Notes: a model not told the origin generated them from the letters alone. A DNA stretch of 64,000 nucleotides from an uncultured delta proteobacterium (GCA_963803975.1 CAWDOY010000054.1:32001-96000); one strand, 5' to 3'; counted from the first letter of the stretch, positions 30,865 to 41,395 are shown. Translations and numbers: made by a program.

Positions 30865-33450
30865 ATGTCTGATAAATTTGATTTGAACAACATTAGTGGT
30901 GTCACTGGTCTTTCCGAAAAAGAAGCCTCCGACAGACTTGCGCGTGAGGGGTTTAACGAAATCCCCTCGGCTAAAAAGCGCAGTATTATATCGTTTGCGC
31001 TGAGTGTTCTTCGTGAACCAATGTTATTGCTTCTTATCGCCAGCGGCATAATCTACATGATACTGGGAGATATCCAGGAAGCCTTTATGCTTCTTGGTTT
31101 CGTCTTCGTGATTATAGGTATAACCCTATATCAGGAGCGCAAAACAGAGAGGGCGCTTGAGGCACTTCGCGACCTGTCAAGTCCACGTGCTTTGGTTATC
31201 CGAGACGGTGTATCCAGGAGAATCGCCGGCCGCGAGGTAGTCCGTGGCGATATCATCGTTCTTTCAGAAGGTGACAGGGTTCCGGCAGATGGTATTGTAC
31301 TTGACTGCAATAATCTAATGATTGAGGAATCGCTACTTACCGGAGAATCAGTCCCGGTGCATAAAACCGAAGCAGAAGAGTCCACAGAGATGGGACGTCC
31401 CGGCGGAGATAATTCACCTTTCATATATTCTGGTACTTTGGTGGTTGGAGGAGTAGGCATCGCAAAGGTAGCAGCTACAGGCATATATACCGAATTCGGC
31501 AAGATAGGCAAGTCTTTGCAGGCCATAGAGTCTGAAGAGACGCTACTCCAAAAAGAGACAAGACGCGTAGTACGCAATTTAGCTCTAATAGGTTTGGTAC
31601 TTTGTGTAATTATGGCGTTGGTCTACGGAATTACTAAAGGTGATTGGCTTGCTGGCTTTTTGGCGAGTATTACTCTGGCAATGGCCATTTTACCGGAGGA
31701 ATTCCCTGTTGTGCTCACCGTTTTCCTTGCCCTAGGCGCGTGGCGGATTTCTCAGAGCCATGTACTGACACGCCGTATGCCCGCCATCGAAACTCTTGGT
31801 TCAAATACGGTCTTATGTGTAGATAAAACAGGGACTCTTACCATGAACCAAATGTCAGTAGATAGAATATCCGTTGGTGGAGAATTCTTAAATGTAGACT
31901 TGAACACAGCAAAGGAGCCGCCAGAAATATTTCATCAACTGATCGAATTCAGCATATTGGCTGGCCAGACTAATCCCTTCGACCCGATGGAAAAGGCTCT
32001 CAAGAAACTGGGTGAGCATTTTCAGAACCTGACTGAACACCTGCATGGAGATTGGAAGTTCATGCGCGAATACCCATTGTCAAAGAAACTTATGGCTCTT
32101 TCTCGTGTCTGGAAATCGCCCAACAGTGAAGACTATATTATCGCGGCTAAAGGTGCTCCTGAAGCTATTGTTGACCTCTGCCATTTGAGCGAGGCTGAAA
32201 CACTAGAATTATCAAAACAGGTTGAACTTATGGCCGGTGATGGGTTAAGGGTGCTTGGCGTAGCCAAAGCGAATTTTAAACAAGTCTCACTTCCTGGTGA
32301 CCAGCACGACTTCAAGTTTGATTTTCTTGGTCTTTTAGGATTTGCTGACCCGATACGTCCTACGGTTCCGGCGGCTATCCAGGAATGTTATAAAGCGGGT
32401 ATCCGGGTAGTAATGATTACGGGTGACTATCCGGTTACCGCACAACATATTGCGCGTCAGGTAGGTCTGAAACCATTGGACGAGGTTATCACCGGCGCCG
32501 AATTGTACAACATGAGTGATGAAGAACTTAGAGAGCGTATCAAGACCGTAAATATATTCGCACGGGTAGTCCCAGAACAGAAACTTCGTCTGGTGAATGC
32601 TTTTAAGGAAAATGGCGAGATTGTATCAATGACCGGGGATGGGGTAAACGATGCGCCGGCATTGAAATCAGCAAACATCGGGATTGCTATGGGCGGAAGA
32701 GGTACCGATGTCGCCAGAGAGGCAGCAGCACTGGTATTGCTGGACGATGATTTTTCCTCCATTGTCAAAGCTATCCGGCTTGGCAGACGCATATTCGATA
32801 ACCTGAGAAAAGCTATGGCTTATATATTAGCGGTCCATGTGCCCATTGCTGGCCTATCACTAATACCGGTGTTGTTTGGATGGCCTCTAGTGCTGCTGCC
32901 GGTTCATGTGGTATTCCTTGAACTAATTATTGACCCAGCATGTTCAGTAGCGTTTGAAGCTGAGCCCGAAGAACCTAATGTTATGAACCGTCCACCGCGC
33001 AATCGTAAAGAACCACTCTTTAGTCGCAGAACTATAATCTTGAGCCTAATGCAAGGCGTTGCAGTTCTACTCGTTACGCTGGCCATTTACGGATTTACTT
33101 TGAATCAAGGGCGAGGTGAGATAGAGGCACGCAGTTTAGCTTTCACTACCCTGGTGATCGCAAATTTGGGGCTTATACTCTCTAATCGTTTCTGGTCAAA
33201 GAACGTATTAGCGAGTCTGCGTTATAAAAATACGGCATTATTTATAATAATAGCGGCCACTTTAGCTATCCTGACTCTGGTGATTTATGCGCCTTTCCTA
33301 CGCGAGTTGTTCCACTTTGGTATATTGCATCCCAATGACCTGGCGCTTTGTTTTGGAGCTGGGATTGTTTGTATTTTGTGGTTTGAAGCAGTCAAATATT
33401 TTAGCAGGCCGATTTTTTTTCAACCTAAAAAAACAGCATTAGAAAGTTGA
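30865..33450 (+). CDS. Cation-translocating P-type ATPase (P2-like, PEEFP in TM4)
   Basis: TGES, PEEFP, DKTGTLT, KGAPE, MITGD, TGDGVNDAPAL. Confidence 0.95.
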   Translation: MSDKFDLNNISGVTGLSEKEASDRLAREGFNEIPSAKKRSIISFALSVLREPMLLLLIASGIIYMILGDIQEAFMLLGFVFVIIGITLYQERKTERALEALRDLSSPRALVIRDGVSRRIAGREVVRGDIIVLSEGDRVPADGIVLDCNNLMIEESLLTGESVPVHKTEAEESTEMGRPGGDNSPFIYSGTLVVGGVGIAKVAATGIYTEFGKIGKSLQAIESEETLLQKETRRVVRNLALIGLVLCVIMALVYGITKGDWLAGFLASITLAMAILPEEFPVVLTVFLALGAWRISQSHVLTRRMPAIETLGSNTVLCVDKTGTLTMNQMSVDRISVGGEFLNVDLNTAKEPPEIFHQLIEFSILAGQTNPFDPMEKALKKLGEHFQNLTEHLHGDWKFMREYPLSKKLMALSRVWKSPNSEDYIIAAKGAPEAIVDLCHLSEAETLELSKQVELMAGDGLRVLGVAKANFKQVSLPGDQHDFKFDFLGLLGFADPIRPTVPAAIQECYKAGIRVVMITGDYPVTAQHIARQVGLKPLDEVITGAELYNMSDEELRERIKTVNIFARVVPEQKLRLVNAFKENGEIVSMTGDGVNDAPALKSANIGIAMGGRGTDVAREAAALVLLDDDFSSIVKAIRLGRRIFDNLRKAMAYILAVHVPIAGLSLIPVLFGWPLVLLPVHVVFLELIIDPACSVAFEAEPEEPNVMNRPPRNRKEPLFSRRTIILSLMQGVAVLLVTLAIYGFTLNQGRGEIEARSLAFTTLVIANLGLILSNRFWSKNVLASLRYKNTALFIIIAATLAILTLVIYAPFLRELFHFGILHPNDLALCFGAGIVCILWFEAVKYFSRPIFFQPKKTALES

Positions 33451-33632
33451 TTAATAATGCCGCTTTGTCCTTTCCGAGCTGCTGTTTTCAGTCCGGACAG
33501 ACTTTTTTTTATAAAAAATTATTCTGTCCGGCTGTTGATTTAATATTTTTTTTATTGAGTAACACGATAAGGAATGCCTCATAGGGAGCGCCTGTGGTAT
33601 AGTGGCAGCACAACAGTTCAGGAGGAAACCCC

Positions 33633-33731
33633 ATGCGCGAATTCATAAAGCCCCAGAGAAATCAGCTGTCGATGCTGCAAACCGTAAATCTTAATTCCAT
33701 AGCACTGCCGGTGATCAGTAATTTTTTATAA
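33633..33731 (+). pseudogene. Truncated ORF resembling an IS1182-type transposase N-terminus
   Basis: AGGAGG RBS; MREFIKPQRNQLSMLQTVNLNSIA runs into the end of the convergent gene. Family assignment is by recall only. Confidence 0.35.
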
Positions 33732-34362
33732 ACGAGACATTCCTGCTGCTGAAAAGATAGACCGGGTATTTAATGCCTTCCAGCAGGTAGCAGCTGATAC
33801 CCATATCACTCTGCCACCAGTTGGATTCATTAAAAAAGTTGTTCGCGGCACCCATGGCCTCGACGCGGATGCCGGTTCCGGTAAACACTTTCTGGAAGGC
33901 ATACAGGGCGCGCCGGGTATGGTGGGCATCGGTTACGATGATGAGATGTTTAAAATGATTCTTTGTGCAGTACTCCCGCAGGTCATAGGCCTCGTCAAAC
34001 GTGGAGGTCACCCCTCCCGGTTTCAGGGACGGAAGATACACCGGCGATGCAGTGGCATGCAGGGCCTCGATGATTGACGGAGCAATCTGCCATTCATCTC
34101 CGCACACGTGCCGTAAAGCGGGATAATTCTGGCGCTGCTCAGTGAAAATAAGGCGCGGCGCATACCCCTGCTGATACAACTCAATCGCGCGCGGCAGGCG
34201 CGTCAGGATGCCCCCGGCGAGCACCACCAGAGCATCTGCTCCCCTGGTTCCGGTATTGACGGTAAAAAACTGCGCATAGCGGGTGAGCAGGAACGCGTGC
34301 TGAGATATCGCCCCCGTTATAACGAGGGCAAAAAGGGCGCATATGAGGAGAAGCTTTTTCAC
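33715..34362 (-). CDS. YdcF/DUF218 family protein
   Basis: DALVVLAGG..RLPRAIELY, STFDEA, IIVTDAHHTRRA; start codon uncertain. Confidence 0.85.
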   Translation of the reverse strand: MKKLLLICALFALVITGAISQHAFLLTRYAQFFTVNTGTRGADALVVLAGGILTRLPRAIELYQQGYAPRLIFTEQRQNYPALRHVCGDEWQIAPSIIEALHATASPVYLPSLKPGGVTSTFDEAYDLREYCTKNHFKHLIIVTDAHHTRRALYAFQKVFTGTGIRVEAMGAANNFFNESNWWQSDMGISCYLLEGIKYPVYLFSSRNVSFIKNY

Positions 34363-34608
34363 GATGGACCCCGCATCGGCACGTATGCAATGCAGTCGTG
34401 ATGATACCGCACGAAGAAGAGCACCCGTCAGCATAAAAACGCTGGCAGGAACTCCCCGGGATATTAAAAAACCCCTCTTGGCGGTATTGCAGAAGGGTTT
34501 CCCTGATGCCGGTTACAAAGTGAGTTTCCCGCACCAGTTATTTAAACATGGTATTATAAAGCTTCCCGCCTGCACGGCGGGGTTAGCGAGGCATGCAACC
34601 GGTCAGGG

Positions 34609-35058
34609 TCAATGAATCGTATCTTTGGGCTGCAGGGATTCAAATATTTCATCCACTTCATCAATCATCTTATCTGCAAGGCCGCGGCTGACCAGGATGG
34701 GTGCCTTCTGGCGTATCGCCACCGCGATGGCATCACTCGGCCGGGAATCGATCGCAGCCTCTTTGCCGTCATAGGCGAGGCTGATGATTGCATAAAAGGT
34801 GTTTTGCTTGAGGTCTGTTATGACCACCCGCGTTACCGTGGCATGCAATCCCTGAATAATATTGCCGATCAGATCATGGGTCATGGGACGCGGCGTCCAG
34901 CTCTCTTCAAGCCCCAGGGCGATGGCGTTTCCTTCAAAGTGTCCAACCCATATGAGCAGTATGCGCCCGGTTTCTTTGTCCTGTAACACCACCTTGTATT
35001 GCCCGGATTGCATATCAGGGGAAACGCGCTTTACCACCACTTCGATGAGATCATTCAT
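34609..35058 (-). CDS. Bifunctional nuclease family protein (DUF151)
   Basis: IWVGHFEGNAI, PRPMTHDL, IDSRPSDAIAVA. Confidence 0.92.
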   Translation of the reverse strand: MNDLIEVVVKRVSPDMQSGQYKVVLQDKETGRILLIWVGHFEGNAIALGLEESWTPRPMTHDLIGNIIQGLHATVTRVVITDLKQNTFYAIISLAYDGKEAAIDSRPSDAIAVAIRQKAPILVSRGLADKMIDEVDEIFESLQPKDTIH

Positions 35059-35096
35059 ACCGCTATATTGTCACCTGCATGCCAGCGTCAACTGTT

Positions 35097-35927
35097 TTAG
35101 TGTTGATAGCTTGTCTTCGAATCATTGATAGTATCAACAAAAATTTTCACCATGCTCGGATCAAACTGGCTTCCTGCAGCTTTTCTAATCTCGCGCAAAG
35201 AATCATCCACTGACAGTGCCCTCCTGAAGGACAGGTCAGAGCGAAGGTAATCATAGGTGTCGGCAACGGCAATGATGCGGGCGTTTAAATCAATGGTGTC
35301 GCCGGCAATACCATCAGGATAGCCCTTGCCATCAAAGCGCTCATGGCATTGTCTGATACTGGCTGCAAGCGGCTGGAGGAATTCTATTTTGCCGACTATT
35401 TTCTCTCCAATCTCGGGATGCTTCTTAATCAGGAAATATTCCTGGTCGGTAAGCCGCCCCGGCTTCCCGAGGATGTTTTCGCTGATGCCGATTTTGCCTA
35501 CATCGTGCAGGAGTGAGGCAAGCCGCAGATCGCGCAGCTCAGATTCGCTCAGTTCCATCTGGACACCAACCTTACAGGACAAATCGGCGACCCGTGAAGA
35601 ATGGCCTGAGGAGATGATGTCCCGTTCATCCAGCGCCTTCATGAGCGCTTCAATGGTTGTCATGTACTGGCTGAGCAGGCGATTGTAGGCATTGGTGATT
35701 TCTTCCAGAGTGAGCTGCGGTTGCACGCTTTTTTCTTCAACAACAAAGCCCAGGTCCTGCAGATCAATCCTGCGGACCCGGTGATGGCCTCCGGGTGTCT
35801 TTAGTGCCTTGAGCTTGCCGGAATAGATGTAATTCTTGATCGTCTGGGTAGTTACCTTGATGAGATTGGCAGCCTCCCGGGTGTTTAGTACTTCCTTGCT
35901 TGCCATTTCTTTTATTCTTTTGACCAT
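35097..35927 (-). CDS. Excisionase/MerR-like HTH fused to an HD-GYP domain
   Basis: LNTREAANLIKVTTQTIKNY...KTPGGHHR, then GHSSRV, LHDVGKI, HPEIG, HERFDGKGYP, IIAVAD. Confidence 0.9.
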   Translation of the reverse strand: MVKRIKEMASKEVLNTREAANLIKVTTQTIKNYIYSGKLKALKTPGGHHRVRRIDLQDLGFVVEEKSVQPQLTLEEITNAYNRLLSQYMTTIEALMKALDERDIISSGHSSRVADLSCKVGVQMELSESELRDLRLASLLHDVGKIGISENILGKPGRLTDQEYFLIKKHPEIGEKIVGKIEFLQPLAASIRQCHERFDGKGYPDGIAGDTIDLNARIIAVADTYDYLRSDLSFRRALSVDDSLREIRKAAGSQFDPSMVKIFVDTINDSKTSYQH

Positions 35928-36127
35928 AATTCACCCCCTTTTCTTCAATACATTAAATAGCAGAATTCAAAAAAAAATTACCCTTGACTTTTTCCCTTCT
36001 TGGGGAAATCATGTTATTTATCCGTTTTTATATCATTGTACCAACCTTTTTCAGTTTTGCAAGTAAAATCTTTCTAAATACATAAAAATTTTTATAAAAA
36101 TAAAACAGAATGCCCCGCTGTTCTACA

Positions 36128-36259
36128 GAGACGGTGTCGTAATCTGAATTCTGCTAGCCGCAAGCTTCAGCTTGCGTTTGTTGTCACATGAAATTTCAAT
36201 ACATTACGCAGCCTGAAGGCTGCGGCTGCAACCCCATTTTTATATTGTGATACAGTCTC
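36128..36259. mobile_element. MITE-like element enclosing an inverted REP pair (REPIN-like)
   Basis: Imperfect TIR GAGACGGTGTCGTAAT / ATTGTGATACAGTCTC; inside are TAGCCGCAAGCTTCAGCTTGCG and CGCAGCCTGAAGGCTGCGGCTG. Confidence 0.6.
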
Positions 36260-36438
36260 GGGGGGATGACATTTTTAGAGGTAGCCGTATGTATTAATAA
36301 CAAAAGTGGAACGGGGAGACGAGCATTAATTGATTATTCTGAGCCATGAGTTGCGTTAAACGGCATTGCCTCTATCAGTAGCTGGTGTTAGCAGGATGCT
36401 TCACAAAACCGGAAATAATTTATTTTGGGGAGGGCGTC

Positions 36439-37209
36439 ATGCAGCAGACAAAAACCGGTGAAACTATTTCATCTGTGCTGCTGGTACTGAGTGCTGTGCA
36501 ACTCTGGCTGATGTTCAGTTTTTCTGTTGCCAGCGCTTTGCCGGAGCAGAGCGATCCCTTTGCTGCGAAGAGGCACGTGATGATCGAGAGGGATATTAAG
36601 GGGCGTAATATCACAGATCCTGCGGTGCTGAAGGCTATGGAAAAAATACCGCGGCATCTTTTTGTTGATAAGCAGCTCCAGGACCAGGCGTATGAGGATT
36701 ATCCCCTGCCCATTGGCGCAGAGCAGACCATCTCGCAACCCTATATAGTAGCGCTCATGACCCAGAGCCTTGGATTAAGGAAAGAGGACAAAGTGCTGGA
36801 GATAGGCACCGGTTCCGGCTATCAGGCAGCAGTGCTTGCTGAGATTGTGCAGCAGGTATATTCTGTGGAAATCATTAAAACCCTGGCAGGCCGGGCAGAG
36901 GAGCTTTTGAAATCGATGGGATACCGCACCATAAAGATTAAGACCGGAGATGGCTATCAGGGGTGGAAGGAATATGCGCCCTATGATGCCATACTGGTGA
37001 CCTGCGCGGTTGGCAGCATTCCGCCGGCGCTGACAGCACAGCTCAAAGAGGGTGGCAGGATTATTCTGCCGCGGGGAGACACCAAGTTTGCGCAGCTCCT
37101 GGTGCTGGGAGTAAAAAAGAACGGAACCATAGAAGAGAAAAGTATCAGCACGGTGCGCTTTGTTCCCATGGTGGGTGAGGCACAGGGCACGGGCCGTTCT
37201 TCGCAATAG
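36439..37209 (+). CDS. pcm: Protein-L-isoaspartate O-methyltransferase with N-terminal hydrophobic/signal segment
   Basis: IPRHLFV, QTISQPYIVA, VLEIGTGSGYQAA, APYDAI, RFVPM. Confidence 0.94.
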   Translation: MQQTKTGETISSVLLVLSAVQLWLMFSFSVASALPEQSDPFAAKRHVMIERDIKGRNITDPAVLKAMEKIPRHLFVDKQLQDQAYEDYPLPIGAEQTISQPYIVALMTQSLGLRKEDKVLEIGTGSGYQAAVLAEIVQQVYSVEIIKTLAGRAEELLKSMGYRTIKIKTGDGYQGWKEYAPYDAILVTCAVGSIPPALTAQLKEGGRIILPRGDTKFAQLLVLGVKKNGTIEEKSISTVRFVPMVGEAQGTGRSSQ

Positions 37210-37229
37210 CCGCTTGCAGCGCACGAACA

Positions 37230-39269
37230 TTATTGCCCGGCAGCGTCCAGGTAATAGGGCATAGGCATGGTGCCTTCCTTGAAGCACTCGAAGATAGTTG
37301 CTTCCGAGGCACTTTGCGGAGCGAATCCTGTTGCAGGATTTATTTTTGCAAAGACCACGCCTTCCGGCACCTCAAACAGCTTGACCGGAATATCCTTTAC
37401 CACCTGCTGCATGAAGTTAAGCCAGATGGGAGCTGCTACCACGCCTCCTGTTTCACGTTTCCCCAGTGAAGCGTTATCATCATAACCAACCCAGGCCCCT
37501 GTTACCAGCTGCGGCGTGAACCCGATAAACCAGGCATCCCGGAAATCATTGGTCGTCCCGGTTTTGCCCGCGCACGGGCGGTTGAGCGCGGAAACCTTTT
37601 TCCCGGTCCCCTCTTCAACAACGCTCTGCAGGAGGCTGGTCATCAGGTACGCAGTCTGTGGATTAAGAGCCTGATAGAGCTGCGGAGAGTTTTCCTCAAC
37701 CAGGGTGCCGTCACGGTCCAGAATTCTGGTGATGGCAAGGGGCTCCACCCGGACACCGTGGGCGCAAAACACCGCATATGCCTGCACCATCTGCAGCAGC
37801 GTAAGATTAGGTGTTCCCAGCGCCAGGGTGAGGTCCTTATTGAGCGGCGTATCAATCCCAAACTGCCGCGCGTACTTGACGGCATAATTGATGCCGATAT
37901 CCTGCAGTATTTTTATGGTCGCCACATTGCGCGAGAGGGTAAGCGCTTTCCGCAGCGTTATGGGGCCCAAATACTTCTCATCATAATTTTGCGGCTCCCA
38001 CAGTTTGTTCCTGCCCATTTTAAACGCAATGGGAGCATCTACGATAATGCTGGCCGGGGTGTAGCCCTTATCCAGGGCAGCAGCATAAATGACCGGCTTA
38101 AAAGCAGACCCGGGCTGCCGCTGCGCCTGGACTGCCCGGTTAAACTGGGTGTTGGAGAAATCCCGTCCACCAATCATGGCCCGGATGTAGCCTGAATAGG
38201 GGTCCATGCAGACCAGTGCCGCCTCAACCCTTTTTTTATCCAGGGACGCCTTCTTGTGCCTTTTCTCGTATTCTTCCAGCCCGTAACGGATGGCTTCCTG
38301 GGCAGCCTGTTCCATGGCGATACTGAGCGTTGTCTCAATGCGCAACCCGGCTTCATAGAGCGCCTGTGCTCCATATTTTTTCTCCACTGCCTGCCGGATA
38401 TATTCAGTAAAATAGGGAGACCGGGTTGCGTTGATGTTTTCCAGCTGCTTGAAACCGAGGGGCTCTTTTTCAGCTGCCTGTTTTTCGTCAGCAGTGATGT
38501 AGCGCTGCTCCAGCATCCGCTCCAGCACATAGCTCTGGCGCTGCCGGGCGCGCTCCAGATAGCGAAGCGGTGCATAATAACTGGGGGCTTTTGGCAGCCC
38601 TGCCAGGAGCGCGGCCTCAGCCAGGGTCAGGGCGGCTGCCGATTTTCCGAAGTAGGAGCGCGCGGCTGCCTCAACACCATAGGCCCCCTGGCCAAAGTAG
38701 ATCTGATTAATATACAGGGTAAGAATATCATTCTTGGTGAGAGAGGTTTCAATGCGCCGTGCCAGAATCGCCTCTTTTATCTTCCGGGCATAGCTTTTTT
38801 CAGGCGTGAGGAGCAGCGATTTGGTGATCTGCTGGGTGATGGTGCTGCCGCCCTGTTTTATCTCTCCGGACAGCAGATTGATGAGCGCGGCGCGCAGAAT
38901 ACTCTCGTAATTGATGCCCTTGTGTTCAAAAAACTGGGCATCTTCTGCAGCTATAATGGCCTTGATGAATACCGGAGCGACCGCAGGGAGTTTCACCATG
39001 TAGCGCCGCTCCGTGCAGAACTCGCCGATCAGCTCGCCAGTGCCGGCGTAGACTTCAGTGACCAGCGGCGGCCGGTAATCATTTAACGAATAGAGACGGG
39101 GCAGATTATAGCTGAAATAGTTGTAGAGAATGACGCACGCGGATACCGCCAGTATCAACAGGCTCAAGGGGAGCACGACCAGAAAGGAGAGCATTAATCC
39201 CGGAGGCTTCTTTTTTCGCTGCAATAATTCCATTGATGCCTTGTGCCTGTCAGAAAAGATTGAGTTCAA
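37230..39269 (-). CDS. Class A penicillin-binding protein (PBP1A family)
   Basis: AEDAQFFEH, GGSTITQQ, RKIKE, GSAFK, SRN, KTGT. Confidence 0.94.
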   Translation of the reverse strand: MNSIFSDRHKASMELLQRKKKPPGLMLSFLVVLPLSLLILAVSACVILYNYFSYNLPRLYSLNDYRPPLVTEVYAGTGELIGEFCTERRYMVKLPAVAPVFIKAIIAAEDAQFFEHKGINYESILRAALINLLSGEIKQGGSTITQQITKSLLLTPEKSYARKIKEAILARRIETSLTKNDILTLYINQIYFGQGAYGVEAAARSYFGKSAAALTLAEAALLAGLPKAPSYYAPLRYLERARQRQSYVLERMLEQRYITADEKQAAEKEPLGFKQLENINATRSPYFTEYIRQAVEKKYGAQALYEAGLRIETTLSIAMEQAAQEAIRYGLEEYEKRHKKASLDKKRVEAALVCMDPYSGYIRAMIGGRDFSNTQFNRAVQAQRQPGSAFKPVIYAAALDKGYTPASIIVDAPIAFKMGRNKLWEPQNYDEKYLGPITLRKALTLSRNVATIKILQDIGINYAVKYARQFGIDTPLNKDLTLALGTPNLTLLQMVQAYAVFCAHGVRVEPLAITRILDRDGTLVEENSPQLYQALNPQTAYLMTSLLQSVVEEGTGKKVSALNRPCAGKTGTTNDFRDAWFIGFTPQLVTGAWVGYDDNASLGKRETGGVVAAPIWLNFMQQVVKDIPVKLFEVPEGVVFAKINPATGFAPQSASEATIFECFKEGTMPMPYYLDAAGQ

Positions 39270-39624
39270 AAGCGTTTTGAATAAGCTCGACCGTGTGTCC
39301 GGCAGGTAACAGGTTCACTGCTACCACATCAAAGCGGGCAGGTTTATTTTCCAGCCGGTACCGCTGGATAAACTCCAGTGCAACTTTACAGATCTGCCCC
39401 TGCTTTCTCACGGTGACTGCCTCCTGTGGTGTTCCGTGTGATTGGGAACTCCTGGTTTTTACCTCAATGAAGGTGAGGACCTGGCCCGGGTCGCGGGCGA
39501 TAATATCTATTTCCCCATAGCGGCAGCGGTAATTTTTCGCCAGTACGGTAAAACGGCTCTTTTTGAGAAATGCCAGGGCAAGTTCTTCCCCCCGCGCTCC
39601 CAGATGTTTCCTGTGGTCAGTCAT
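39250..39624 (-). CDS. yraN: YraN (UPF0102) family endonuclease
   Basis: GARGEELA, GEIDIIA, FIEVKTR, RFDVV. Confidence 0.93.
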   Translation of the reverse strand: MTDHRKHLGARGEELALAFLKKSRFTVLAKNYRCRYGEIDIIARDPGQVLTFIEVKTRSSQSHGTPQEAVTVRKQGQICKVALEFIQRYRLENKPARFDVVAVNLLPAGHTVELIQNAFELNLF

Positions 39625-40261
39625 GGCAGGCCGAGGTTAAGAAGGTTTGTCCGTGCATAAAGCTTTGTCTATGAATAGGAGAAGGCCCGCAGGAAGCCAG
39701 CGCGCGGAAATGCTCTCTGGTACCATACCCCTTGTTGCGGGCAAAATTGTACTGGGGGTATTGTTCATGGTACTGCTTCATCATGGTATCTCTGGTGACC
39801 TTAGCCATAATAGAGGCTGCTGCCGTGGCGAGGCTGCGCTGGTCGCCTTTTATAAGGGGGGTCTGGGGGATTACCGTAGCTATCGGGTAGATACCGTCAA
39901 TTAAGAGATAATCAGGGGTGAGCGGCAGTGCTTCTACGGCACCCAGCATTGCCTTGAGACTTGCCTGAAGAATGTTTATCCGGTCAATCTCGCGGTGATC
40001 AACTGCCGCCCAGCTCCAGGCAAGAGCCGCCTGACTGATAACAGCATAGAGCTGCTCGCGCTTTTTCTCGGTAAGCTGTTTTGAGTCCCGTATCGCGGGG
40101 TGCGTCCAGCTGCAGGGGAAAATTACCGCGCCGGCCACTACCGGACCGGCGAGCGGACCTCTGCCAACCTCATCAACTCCTGCAATATACACATATCCCC
40201 GTTCAGACAGGATTTTTTCCGGACAGGGGGAATCCTTGAGCAGTGAGGACAGAGACGTCAT
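39617..40261 (-). CDS. rnhB: Ribonuclease HII
   Basis: GVDEVGRGPLAGPV, DSKQL, KGD, AASIMAKVTRD, KGYGT. Confidence 0.96.
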   Translation of the reverse strand: MTSLSSLLKDSPCPEKILSERGYVYIAGVDEVGRGPLAGPVVAGAVIFPCSWTHPAIRDSKQLTEKKREQLYAVISQAALAWSWAAVDHREIDRINILQASLKAMLGAVEALPLTPDYLLIDGIYPIATVIPQTPLIKGDQRSLATAAASIMAKVTRDTMMKQYHEQYPQYNFARNKGYGTREHFRALASCGPSPIHRQSFMHGQTFLTSACHD

Positions 40262-40302
40262 GTGCTCGCGTGAGGGTTATTGCACCGTATGGCGGTCAGT
40301 GG

Positions 40303-40650
40303 TTATTGAAACTTTTTTTCTTTTATGCGGGCCGCTTTACCCTTTAAATTTCTCAGATAGTAGAGACGTGCCCTGCGCACCCTGCCCCGTTGTACAATCT
40401 CAACCCGGTCAATCGTGGGAGAATGAAGGGGAAAGATTCTTTCTACGCCAACGCCATAGGATATCTTTCTGACCGTAAAACTTGAACGCAGGCTGCACTG
40501 TCTTTTGCTGATAACCACCCCCTGGAATGCTTGGATCCTCTCCTTGTCCCCTTCTTTGATCTTGACATGAACTTTGACCGTATCTCCGGGACGGAAGGGG
40601 AGGATATCGGTGCGCATTTGCTCTTTTTCCAGGCGTTCAATGTAATTCAT
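40303..40650 (-). CDS. rplS: 50S ribosomal protein L19
   Basis: [37 protein letters not shown]. Confidence 0.98.
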   Translation of the reverse strand: MNYIERLEKEQMRTDILPFRPGDTVKVHVKIKEGDKERIQAFQGVVISKRQCSLRSSFTVRKISYGVGVERIFPLHSPTIDRVEIVQRGRVRRARLYYLRNLKGKAARIKEKKFQ

Positions 40651-41395
40651 TTTTACTCATCTCCATTGTGTTATCGGGCGTTACTTCCTGCAATACCTTT
40701 TTGTCTTCTTCAGTTAACGAAGCCTGCCGCAAGAGATCGGGTCTCTTGTGCCGGGTTTTTTTGAGCGCTTCGGCTCTTCTCCACCGGTATATCTTCTGAT
40801 GGTCTCCGCCCAGGAGCACCGGCGGCACTTCAAGGCCGCGAAAGCTGCGCGGCTTGGTATATTGCGGATATTTCAAGAGCGAGCCGGAAAACGTATCTTC
40901 CACCACCGAGGTCGGCTCTCCCACGACCCCCGGCACCAGCCGGGAAACAGCATCTATAATAACCAGGGAGGCGAGCTCTCCGCCGGTGAGAATATAATCA
41001 CCTATTGAGAGTTCTTCGTCAATAAAAAACTGGATCCGCTCATCCACGCCTTCATATCTTCCGCAGACAAGGATCAGATGAGCACAGGCGCTGAGTCTCT
41101 CGGCTGCCCCCTGGGAAAACATGGCGCCCTGGGGAGACATGAGAATCACCCGGGTCTGTCCCGGACGTTTAAGCTGCTCAATGCTCTTTACTATGGGCTC
41201 AACCTTCATCACCATCCCGGCGCCACCGCCGTACGGAGTATCATCCGTGACGTGGTGCTTGTCGTCGGTGTGGTCCCGGAGCTGGTGAATGCCGATCTTG
41301 ATCAGCCCGTTCTGTTGCGCCCGTTTGAGAATACTTTCCCCCAGAGGGGAAATAAACATCTGGGGGAAGAGGGTAATTACATCAAAATGAATCAT
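40637..41395 (-). CDS. trmD: tRNA (guanine-N1)-methyltransferase
   Basis: [33 protein letters not shown]. Confidence 0.97.
   Translation of the reverse strand: MIHFDVITLFPQMFISPLGESILKRAQQNGLIKIGIHQLRDHTDDKHHVTDDTPYGGGAGMVMKVEPIVKSIEQLKRPGQTRVILMSPQGAMFSQGAAERLSACAHLILVCGRYEGVDERIQFFIDEELSIGDYILTGGELASLVIIDAVSRLVPGVVGEPTSVVEDTFSGSLLKYPQYTKPRSFRGLEVPPVLLGGDHQKIYRWRRAEALKKTRHKRPDLLRQASLTEEDKKVLQEVTPDNTMEMSKNELH

Noticed and set aside
34365..34560. Riboswitch in the leader of the ydcF-like gene
   Set aside because: Two hairpins and a U-run are present on the minus strand, but no aptamer consensus was recognised; more simply the terminator of the upstream operon.
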